From Auanema rhodensis (taxonomy: Eukaryota; Animalia; Nematoda): DNA of 64,000 nt. Where the stretch lies: NCBI GenBank assembly GCA_964057225.1, contig OZ059897.1:2790001-2854000 (forward strand), written 5' to 3'. Of this stretch, positions 22,301 to 31,400 are shown piece by piece. Both the position numbers and the translations under genes were made by a program. Numbering within the stretch: position 1 is the first letter of the stretch; every line of letters starts with the position of its first letter. The notes beneath the pieces were generated by a model that was not told where the DNA came from, made no database searches, and saw only the letters and a list, made by a program, of their open reading frames with translations.

Positions 22301-24402
22301 TGATCTAACATACGCATTTCTAATACATCAATTGATTCGGTTTTCAATTCGTCATTCAGTGCAGTCAGCTTTTCAGTCCAATTCTCGGACTCCCATTCAC
22401 CGACAATCTCTCCTTTCTTTATTGTGGTTGGCTGGCATGTCATGTTAGCAACGATTACTGTAGTGGAATTATTGTTGTCCACTTTACAGATTCCCGTAAG
22501 TACATCATGCCTATGCGACACTAGTAAACTATCTTTCTGTTCATCACACGAAATTTTTAGCGTTCTACTTTTATTCGCAGGTATAAAAACTCTCTGTAAG
22601 GCTACGGCCTCTTTTGTATAAAATTTCAAAATTATACCCAAATTTTCTAAGGCATTTGTTCCTAACAAAATAGATTCTTCTCTACTTTTTTGTACTAAAA
22701 AGCTTACATTACTAGTTTTCTTGCTTTCTAAACACGTAACTTTGCAACTTATTGCTCCTACAAAATTCATTTTTGTGCCCGAAGCATTGGCAATATATTT
22801 ATCACCTTTCCACGGTATTTGAGTAACCGATCGATCCAGATCAACCCCGTCACTCATCAAATTTACCAGTGCTTGTGATGACATCACCGATATTTGAGAT
22901 CCTGTATCGATAAGGACTCTTTTTTTGGATTTCTCACAAATTATCATAGATAATAAACTTTGTTCGCCAATTATCTCTGAATTGGTTATGGAATTGCATG
23001 TTTGAATAGTTTTATTCCAAACTTCTGCTTGATTTCTCATTCCGGGCTCATTATGCTTTTCAACATTCTCTATTCGTTTAGGATAGTTGTTGGAAGGTTT
23101 CTTCCTCTCAAAGCATTGTGCTGCTGAATGGCCTTTTTTGTTACATATGTAGCAAATTATTTCTCTCCTACTTGGAGGTTCTCTAATTCCGCCCACGTAC
23201 CTATTCCGATCATTTGTGTAATAATTATTCGTATCGATATGGTTTTTTTCATATCTGAGCTTAGGTAAAATTCTGTTTGAATTTCTCCCTTTCTCTCGCT
23301 GTTCATCATAAACACGTTTATTTCTTTCGCAGCGTAACGCTATCTCTTTAACTTTTTCATAGACCAAATCTTCTTCGCTTTTCTCTATGGTTTCTAATAG
23401 ATGAATAGCGCATGAACAATCTCTGAGTGCTTCATAGAGCATCTGGGCTCTTAAAAACGATAATTTCCTTGTAGGAAATTCTGGGTACGCTTTTCTTGAG
23501 GTCTCTTCCAGTTTTTTACAGAAAACAATCAGTGTTTTGTTACTATTGTACTGTAAAGTTTTGAGCGAAGAAATAGCATCTAATCTGCTCGTTCGTTTAA
23601 CACACACTCTCTGTTTATGAAGTTCTTCGATGATAACTTCTAACGAACTCTCTCTAATTGTTTCTGGCAGTTCGTCGTATCTGTCTCGTGCTTCTCCTTT
23701 TAGCTTATCAACGAACAGCATCTTCCGACTACTGGCCGTCAGAGTACCTTTTGGATACTTGAGATTGAAACTTTCAATGAACTGATTCCATTTTTCCAAC
23801 GAGTCGTTAGAAAAATAAGGAACATCAGGTAACATTTGTGCTCTTATCATCTCTAACAACGCGTCGTTTTGCGCATTTAATCCAGCATAATGTAAAGGTG
23901 ACGTACCCCTGAAGTTGTATGGATAGTGTTGGTCCTGTTGATTTGGTTCCATTTCCACTATTTCCTTGGAGTGTGTTCTCACTGTTCGCTCCTTAATTTT
24001 TGTTTTGAGTTCAGCACTCTCAACAGAATTACCTCTAGTTCGCTCATCCAAAATCATTTCTGCCATGGCTGTTTCAGTATCTTCTTGATTCAAGCTTGAT
24101 TTCTGAAATTGCCAACTGTTACTTATTCTCTGTTGCAATTCTTTTAGATTACAATCGAAAGTATCACATAAAGTTTTCACAGTTTCATGAATAACAAGTA
24201 ACTCTTGCACTATATTATTCTCATTGAGTTGGAAATTATCTGTTATGTCTTTAATTATTTCCGCTCGTTTCTTACTGATCTTTAAAACATCACTAAGATC
24301 TGAAGGTTTTTTCAGACCTTCGTTGTTCATCACTAATAGCATTGAATAAACAAATTCCCAAGTTTTTCCTTTTCTAATCTCGCTTTTTAGGTTACTTTTC
24401 AC
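19342..24402 (-). CDS. Gag-Pol polyprotein (Gag, CCHC knuckle, aspartic protease, RT, RNase H, integrase with GPY/F); start uncertain
   Basis: CYICNKKGHSAAQC (23113..23154); LIDTGSQ (DTG 22900..22908) and ILLGTN; RT motifs LCIDYRELN, PFGL and YIDD (21637..21648); RNase H YTDA..DLEALA..TDHQPL..ADALSR; integrase H-x6-H..CKKC, GIDVMD/SDKGSEF/NGITER; KGPYRII. The track start is a GTG directly after a stop; the first ATG is codon 21. Confidence 0.96.
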   Translation of the reverse strand: MKSNLKSEIRKGKTWEFVYSMLLVMNNEGLKKPSDLSDVLKISKKRAEIIKDITDNFQLNENNIVQELLVIHETVKTLCDTFDCNLKELQQRISNSWQFQKSSLNQEDTETAMAEMILDERTRGNSVESAELKTKIKERTVRTHSKEIVEMEPNQQDQHYPYNFRGTSPLHYAGLNAQNDALLEMIRAQMLPDVPYFSNDSLEKWNQFIESFNLKYPKGTLTASSRKMLFVDKLKGEARDRYDELPETIRESSLEVIIEELHKQRVCVKRTSRLDAISSLKTLQYNSNKTLIVFCKKLEETSRKAYPEFPTRKLSFLRAQMLYEALRDCSCAIHLLETIEKSEEDLVYEKVKEIALRCERNKRVYDEQREKGRNSNRILPKLRYEKNHIDTNNYYTNDRNRYVGGIREPPSRREIICYICNKKGHSAAQCFERKKPSNNYPKRIENVEKHNEPGMRNQAEVWNKTIQTCNSITNSEIIGEQSLLSMIICEKSKKRVLIDTGSQISVMSSQALVNLMSDGVDLDRSVTQIPWKGDKYIANASGTKMNFVGAISCKVTCLESKKTSNVSFLVQKSREESILLGTNALENLGIILKFYTKEAVALQRVFIPANKSRTLKISCDEQKDSLLVSHRHDVLTGICKVDNNNSTTVIVANMTCQPTTIKKGEIVGEWESENWTEKLTALNDELKTESIDVLEMRMLDQYAKATDPVGRAEKVIAVLEEKSGVTFDPKVKDLLENYSAIFALVDADLQQTNIVTMNIDTGDASPIRQKVRPVPFGIKNEFRGIIKDLLQRGIIEPSQSAWASPVVLVEKKDKSIRLCIDYRELNKVLKLDAYPIPTIDIILRSMNGKKIFSTFDLSSGFWQIKLSEEDKEKTSFVTSEGSFQFVVCPFGLATSPPTFQRMMDKALGDLLKSNEVFVYIDDIMIATDTFERHFEVMKKVFEALKQANLSLKAVKCKLLQNEVDYLGHKVNGEGIHADPNKIEAILKYPLPNTIAELRTFLGMASYYRKFVLNFAAIAKPMHEMTSEKSKWEWTRERKEAFEILKKKLTQAPVLIQPDWEGANSGKNPYIIYTDACASGVGAVLCQKAKDNFLHPIAFVSKGLSKAEKNYHVTDLEALAIVFALEKFQYYIYNTEKTVVKTDHQPLTCLFKKTASGRMLRWSLMVQRYRITIEYVKGKGNVIADALSRGVPVQDNFDLESDSDIKYICSLQMRDNIAELMMNENYKNIINLRRDEKLTERIFLPKLAHKLFVGDFLIAKENLYYINEKGEKLLVIPPSKRYDIYKEAHEGLFGAHFGPKKIIRSLKRQFFWEGLDSDVRKWHSECKKCFLANNKTKSKPLLQPYRTEKPYELVGIDVMDLGRTTSNNRYVVAVIDHFSKWLGAYAVPDKSAATIADIKVKKWICEGAKWPKQFLSDKGSEFVNKIVEEIKKITKIEWITTMGYNPRQNGITERVNLTIQRALKKAGNSPSEWDKLLPFVTYAYNTTPHEATGESPFFILHGFEPYLVSNIVEPTKTSLVEYELDEYKVDLLEGFRLSRNIAIERNDKEREKFKMYYDKKNCKNIQEFKVGDRVYLKMINEKSKHVNKKLINDLKGPYRIIESYKTSALITEISGKGEPLKIQYDLLIKIPSTIDDKSVETVKRRREVRIKMIHCKKTVLNCLLRRKAMFYHELYICVFLCIFYFFE

Positions 24403-24618
24403 TTAATTGCGGGTTTTTAGTATTCTTTGTTCAGTTCTTTTTTTTTCAGTAGCGTTTCTGATTTTTTCAAGGAACTCTTTATATATCATTTCATTATAAG
24501 GCTCCAAAGCCTTAAATGTTTGATTCACTAATGAATTAAGGATTACCTCAGAAAACACATTTTCGAAATCCATTTCACAGAGTTGTTCTGTTTCAAACGT
24601 TTCGTTCTCAATCGACAT
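24403..24618 (-). CDS. 71-aa ORF in frame with gag-pol; probable N-terminal part of Gag cut off by a single TAA
   Basis: ATG at 24618; junction reads ...CGC AAT TAA GTG AAA AGT..., so the stop at 24403..24405 is immediately followed by the 1686-codon frame. Confidence 0.6.
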   Translation of the reverse strand: MSIENETFETEQLCEMDFENVFSEVILNSLVNQTFKALEPYNEMIYKEFLEKIRNATEKKRTEQRILKTRN

Positions 24619-25109
24619 CTCGAATAGGCACTGCTATACGAATCTCTACAAACAAAATAATTTTGCTAATGCAGGAATTTTATGATCAAATTCTAGTATT
24701 TAGAATTAATAATCAGAACAATCTGATAAGCAAATTGTATCAATCTAATAGATCTGTGTTCAGTAATCTTACTACTACTCAAGTTCTGTTTACAATGATG
24801 AGATGTCTCTGGTAGAAAATTCCGAAAAATTTTTTCTACCTAAACACTAGCACCAGATCTTATCAATTCCAATAACTCGTAAATATACTCGGATACAATG
24901 CGTAACCACAGTACAAAACTTTGATGAGCTATTGAAACCAATAACAATCTATAATTTTCCTTTCTTATTTAGTTAGACTAAATAAAATTGGCAAACTATA
25001 AACAGAACCCGATTTGGGTAGCAGTGACTAAACCACCAGAATCTATTCGATTAAGGGTTGTATAAGCTATTCGCTTAACCCAGACTAATACGAAAAAAAA
25101 ACTGAACAA

Positions 25110-25124
25110 CCAGTTCGGCCCCCA
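25110..25124 (-). promoter_or_regulatory. Primer-binding site TGGGGGCCGAACTGG, tRNA-Pro type
   Basis: Begins with TGG directly at the 5' LTR boundary; a TGGGGGC start is typical of tRNA-Pro PBSs (MLV: TGGGGGCTCGTCC). Confidence 0.85.
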
Positions 25125-25475
25125 AGTTATATTAGAGGAAACAAAAAGATCAAATAAGCAAACGATTTATTATAAAAAAAATAGAAATAATCAAACAAAA
25201 AATGAAAACAGAATCCCAAACTGCCTTTAATTTATTTCGAAAAAACAACAATACAATTTTTAGGCCAAAATTATGAATTTGGTTGCAAAAGATGATTACG
25301 GTAGTTTCATTGTCAAGGGAGCATTCTTTTGAAGACCAATTTTATCTTCTTTTTCTTTCATCGTAATTGAATCCAATCGTTTCTAAATGTTATTTTCAAT
25401 GATATTTTGTTGTTATAAATATCATTCATAATATTCTATAATCAATATATTTAACAATATTCTCATTTCTTAACA
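25125..25475 (-). repeat. 5' LTR (351 bp; minus strand TGTTAAGAAA...TAATATAACT)
   Basis: Identical by eye to 18945..19295 (offset 6180); followed on the minus strand by the PBS. Confidence 0.97.
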
Positions 25476-25479
25476 GATC
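25476..25479. other. Target-site duplication, right copy (GATC)
   Basis: TAACA|GATC|TGTGTT at the right junction. Confidence 0.95.
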
Positions 25480-28400
25480 TGTGTTATCCGATTTGAGTTA
25501 ACTTAAAAATGCACCGAGATATCAACTGATATATGTTCACACTTATATCCTCGATTTTCACCCTGAAGAAAAGATTTTTTCGTTGAATAACATTGTCCAT
25601 CGTCTTTGCCTTGAAAAAAGAAATCTAAAAACATCTACTTTTTGTGAAATTATTTAGAAATTTTTCGGGAAAATTTTTGTCAAAATGTTTTTGGAAGCAA
25701 TGTTGAGTGTACATGGGAACTCAACATACACTAATGCATTATTTTTCAAACGATCATAACTAATTTTTGTATTAAGCTTTTCTCAATGTAGTATAGTGCA
25801 GTCGATGCGGATTTTTAAGCTGCGTCGATCTGTGTTATCAGATTTGCGCTAGCTTAAAAATGCTCCGAGATATCAACTTATATAAGTTCACACTTATATC
25901 CTCGATTTTCACCCTGATGAATTAATTTTTTCGTTGAATAACATTGTCGATCGTCTTTGCCTTGAAAAAAGGAATCTAAAAACATTTACTTTTTGTGAAA
26001 TTATTCAGAAATTTTTCGGGAAAATTTTTGTCAAAATGTTTTTGGAAGCAATGTTGAGTGTACATGGGAACTCAACATACACTAATGCATTATTTTTCAA
26101 ACGATCATAACTAATTTTTGTATAGAGCGTTTCTCAATGTAGTATAGTGCATTCGATGCGGATTTTTAAGCTGCGTTGATCTGTGTTATCAGATTTGCGC
26201 TAGCTTAAAAATGCTCCGAGATATCAACTTATATAAGTTCACACTTATATCCTCGATTTTCACCCTGAAGAATTAATTTTTTCGTTGAATAACATTGTCC
26301 ATCGTCTTTGCCTTGAAAAAAGGAATGTAAAAACATCTACTTTTTGTGAAATTATCTAGAAATTTTTCGGGAAAATTTTTGTCAAAATGTTTTTGGAAGC
26401 AATGTTGAGTGTACATGGGAACTCAACATACACTAATGCATTATTTTTCAAACGATCATAACTAATTTTTGTATAGAGCGTTTCTCAATGTAGTATAGTG
26501 CATTCGATGCGGATTTTTAAGCTGCGTTGATCTGTGTTATCAGATTTGAGTTAACTTAAAAATGCACCGAGATATCAACTGATATAGGTTCACACTTATA
26601 TCCTCGATTTTCACCCTGAAGAAATGATTTTTTCGTTAAAAAATATTGTCCATCGTATTCGTCTTGAAAAAAGGAATCTAAAAACATCTACTTTTTGTGA
26701 AATTATTTAGAAATTTTTCGGGAAAATTTTTGTTAAAATGTTTTTGGAAGCAATGTTGAGTGTACATGGGAACTCAACATACACTAATGCATTATTTTTC
26801 AAACGATCATAACTAATTTTTGTATAGAGCGTTTCTCATTGTAGTATAGTGCATTCGATGCGGATTTTTAAGCTGCGTCGATCTGTGTTATCAGATTTGC
26901 GCTAGCTTAAAAATGCTCCGAGATATCAACTTATATAAGTTCACACTTATATCCTCAATTTTCACCCTGAAGAAATGATTTTTTCGTTGAATAACATTGT
27001 CCATCGTCTTCGTCTTGAAAAAAGGAATCTAAAAACATCTACTTTTTGTGAAATTATTTAGAAATTTTTCGGGAAAATTTTTGTCACAATGTTTTTGGAA
27101 GCAATGTTGAGTGTACATGGGAACTCAGCATACACTAATGCATTATTTTTCAAACGATCATAACTAATTTTTGTATAGAGCGTTTCTCAATGTAGTATAG
27201 TGCATTCGATGCGGATTTTTAAGCTGCGTTGATCTGTGTTATCAGATTTGAGTTAGCTTAAAAATGCACCGAGATATCAACTGATATATGTTCACACTTA
27301 TATCCTCAATTTTCACCCTGAAGAAATGATTTTTTCGTTGAATAACATTGTCCATCGTCTTCGTCTTGAAAAAAGGAATCTAAAAACATCTACTTTTTGT
27401 GAAATTATTTAGAAATTTTTCGGGAAAATTTTTGTCAAAATGTTTTTGGAAGCAATGTTGAGTGTACATGGGAACTCACCATACACTAATGCATTATTTT
27501 TCAAACGATCATAACTAATTTTTGTATAGAGCGTTTCTCAATGTAGTATAGTGCATTCGATGCGGATTTTTAAGCTGCGTTGATCTGTGTGATCAGATTT
27601 GAGTTAACTTAAAAATGCACCGAGATATCAACTGATATATGTTCACACTTATATCCTCGATTTTCACCCTGAAGAAATGATTTTTTCGTTGAATAACATT
27701 GTCCATCGTCTTTGTCTTGAAAAAAAAAATCTAAAAACATCTACTTTTTGTGAAATTATTCAGAAATTTTTCGGGAAAATTTTTGTCAAAATGTTTTTGG
27801 AAGCAATGTTGAGTGTACATGGGAACTCAACATACACTAATGCATTATTTTTCAAACGATCATAACTAATTTTTGTATAGAGCGTTGCTCAATGTAGTAT
27901 AGTGCATTCGATGCGGATTTTTAAGCTGCGTCCATCTGTGTTATCAGATTTGAGTTAGCTTAAAAATGCACCGAGATATCAACTGATATAGGTTCACACT
28001 TATATCCTCGATTTTCACCCTGAAGAAATGATTTTTTCGTTGAATAACATTGTCCATCGTCTTCGTCTTGAAAAAAAAAATCTAAAAACATCTACTTTTT
28101 GTGAAATTAATCAGAAATTTTTCGGGAAAATTTTTGTCAAAATGTTTTTGGAAGCAATGTTGAGTGTACATGGGAACTCAACATACACTAATGCATTATT
28201 TTTCAAACGATCATAACTAATTTTTTATAGAGCGTTTCTCAATGTAGTATAGTGCATTCGATGCGGATTTTTAAGCTGCGTTGATCTGTGTTATCAGATT
28301 TGAGTTAACTTAAAAATGCACCGAGATATCAACTGATATATGTTCACACTTATATCCTCGATTTTCACCCTGAAGAAATGATTTTTTCGTTGAATAACAT

Positions 28401-31400
28401 TGTCCATCGTCTTTGCCTTGAAAAAAGAAATCTAAAAACTCCTACTTTTTGTGAAATTATTTAGAAATTTTTCGGGAAAATTTTTGTCAAAATGTTTTTG
28501 GAAGCAATGTTGAGTGTACATGGGAACTCAACATACACTAATGCATTATTTTTCAAACGATCATAACTAATTTTTGTATAGAGCGTTTCTCAATGTAGTA
28601 TAGTGCATTCGATGCGGATTTTTAAGCTGCGTTGATCTGTGTTATCAGATTTGAGTTAACTTAAAAATGCACCGAGATATCAACTGATATATGTTCACAC
28701 TTATATCCTCGATTTTCACCCTGAAGAAATGATTTTTTCGTTGAATAACATTGTCGATCGTCTTTGCCTTGAAAAAAGGAATCTAAAAACATTTACTTTT
28801 TGTGAAATTATTCAGAAATTTTTCGGGAAAATTTTTGTCAAAATGTTTTTGGAAGCAATGTTGAGTGTACATGGGAACTCAACATACACTAATGCATTAT
28901 TTTTCAAACGATCATAACTAATTTTTGTATAGAGCGTTTCTCAATGTAGTAGAGTGCATTCGATGCGGATTTTTAAGCTGCGTTGATCTGTGTTATCAGA
29001 TTTGCGCTAGCTTAAAAATGCTCCGAGATATCAACTTATATAAGTTCACACTTATATCCTCGATTTTCACCCTGAAGAATTAATTTTTTCGTTGAATAAC
29101 ATTGTCCATCGTCTTTGCCTTGAAAAAAGGAATGTAAAAACATCTACTTTTTGTGAAATTATCTAGAAATTTTTCGGGAAAATTTTTGTCAAAATGTTTT
29201 TGGAAGCAATGTTGAGTGTACATGGGAACTCAACATACACTAATGTATTATTTTTCAAACGATCATAACTAATTTTTGTATAGAGCGTTTCTCAATGTAG
29301 TATAGTGCATTCGATGCGGATTTTTAAGCTGCGTTGATCTGTGTTATCAGATTTGAGTTAACTTAAAAATGCACCGAGATATCAACTGATATAGGTTCAC
29401 ACTTATATCCTCGATTTTCACCCTGAAGAAATGATTTTTTCGTTGAAAAACATTGTCCATCGTATTTGTCTTAAAAAAAGGAATCTAAAAACATCTACTT
29501 TTTGTGAAATTATCTAGAAATTTTTCGGGAAAATTTTTGTCAAAATGTTTTTGGAAGCAATGTTGAGTGTACATGGGAACTCAACATACACTAATGTATT
29601 ATTTTTCAAACGATCATAACTAATTTTTGTATGGAGCGTTTCTCAATGTAGTATAGTGCATTCGATGCGGATTTTTAAGCTGCGTTGATCTGTGTTATCA
29701 GATTTGCGCTAGCTTAAAAATGCTCCGAGATATCAACTTATATAAGTTCACACTTATATCCTCGATTTTCACCCTGAAGAAATGATTTTTTCGTTGAAAA
29801 ACATTGTCCATCGTATTTGTCTTAAAAAAAGGAATCTAAAAACATCTACTTTTTGTGAAATTATCTAGAAATTTTTCGGGAAAATTTTTGTCAAAATGTT
29901 TTTGGAAGCAATGTTGAGTGTACATGGGAACTCAACATACACTAATGCATTATTTTTCAAACGATCATAACTAATTTTTGTATAGAGCGTTTCTCAATGT
30001 AGTAGAGTGCATTCGATGCGGATTTTTAAGCTGCGTTGATCTGTGTTATCAGATTTGCGCTAGCTTAAAAATGCTCCGAGATATCAACTTATATAAGTTC
30101 ACACTTATATCCTCGATTTTCACCCTGAAGAATTAATTTTTTCGTTGAATAACATTGTCCATCGTCTTTGCCTTGAAAAAAGGAATGTAAAAACATCTAC
30201 TTTTTGTGAAATTATCTAGAAATTTTTCGGGAAAATTTTTGTCAAAATGTTTTTGGAAGCAATGTTGAGTGTACATGGGAACTCAACATACACTAATGCA
30301 TTATTTTTCAAACGATCATAACTAATTTTTGTATAGAGCGTTTCTCAATGTAGTATAGTGCATTCGATGCGGATTTTTAAGCTGCGTTGATCTGTGTTAT
30401 CAGATTTGAGTTAACTTAAAAATGCACCGAGATATCAACTGATATAGGTTCACACTTATATCCTCGATTTTCACCCTGAAGAAATGATTTTTTCGTTGAA
30501 AAACATTGTCCATCGTATTTGTCTTAAAAAAAGGAATCTAAAAACATCTACTTTTTGTGAAATTATCTAGAAATTTTTCGGGAAAATTTTTGTCAAAATG
30601 TTTTTGGAAGCAATGTTGAGTGTACATGGGAACTCAACATACACTAATGTATTATTTTTCAAACGATCATAACTAATTTTTGTATGGAGCGTTTCTCAAT
30701 GTAGTATAGTGCATTCGATGCGGATTTTTAAGCTGCGTTGATCTGTGTTATCAGATTTGCGCTAGCTTAAAAATGCACCGAGTAATCAACTGATATAGGT
30801 TCACACTTATATCCTCGATTTTCACCCTGAAGAATTAAATTTTTCGTTGAATAACATTGTCCATCGTCTTTGCCTTAAAAAAAGAAATCTAAAAACTCCT
30901 ACTTTTTGTGAAATTATTTAGAAATTTTTCGGGAAAATTTTTGTCAAAATGTTTTTGGAAGCAATGTTGAGTGTACATGGGAACTCAACATACACTAATG
31001 CATTATTTTTCAAACGATCATAACTAATTTTTGTATAGAGCGTTTCTCAATGTAGTAGAGTGCATTCGATGCGGATTTTTAAGCTGCGTTGATCTGTGTT
31101 ATCAGATTTGCGCTAGCTTAAAAATGCTCCGAGATATCAACTTATATAAGTTCACACTTATATCCTCGATTTTCACCCTGAAGAATTAATTTTTTCGTTG
31201 AATAACATTGTCCATCGTCTTTGCCTTGAAAAAAGGAATGTAAAAACATCTACTTTTTGTGAAATTATCTAGAAATTTTTCGGGAAAATTTTTGTCAAAA
31301 TGTTTTTGGAAGCAATGTTGAGTGTACATGGGAACTCAACATACACTAATGCATTATTTTTCAAACGATCATAACTAATTTTTGTATAGAGCGTTTCTCA

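Larger units (their letters stand above)
18945..25475 (-). mobile_element. Full-length Ty3/Gypsy (Metaviridae) LTR retrotransposon, 6,531 bp, probably of a nematode Cer-like lineage
   Basis: Two direct 351-bp LTRs, GATC TSD, PBS, PPT and a polyprotein with domain order PR-RT-RH-IN (Gypsy-like, not Copia), one CCHC knuckle and a GPY motif. The lineage assignment is inference. Confidence 0.97.

Noticed and set aside
19745-22621. Short plus-strand ORFs inside the element
   Set aside because: Antisense shadows of the pol frame; short, several with non-ATG starts, and no motifs.
18940-25480. 5-bp TSD or canonical CA end by shifting boundaries
   Set aside because: Flanks TGATC and GATCT differ, and LTR identity stops exactly at AGTTAT and TAACA; only a 4-bp GATC fits the empty site.
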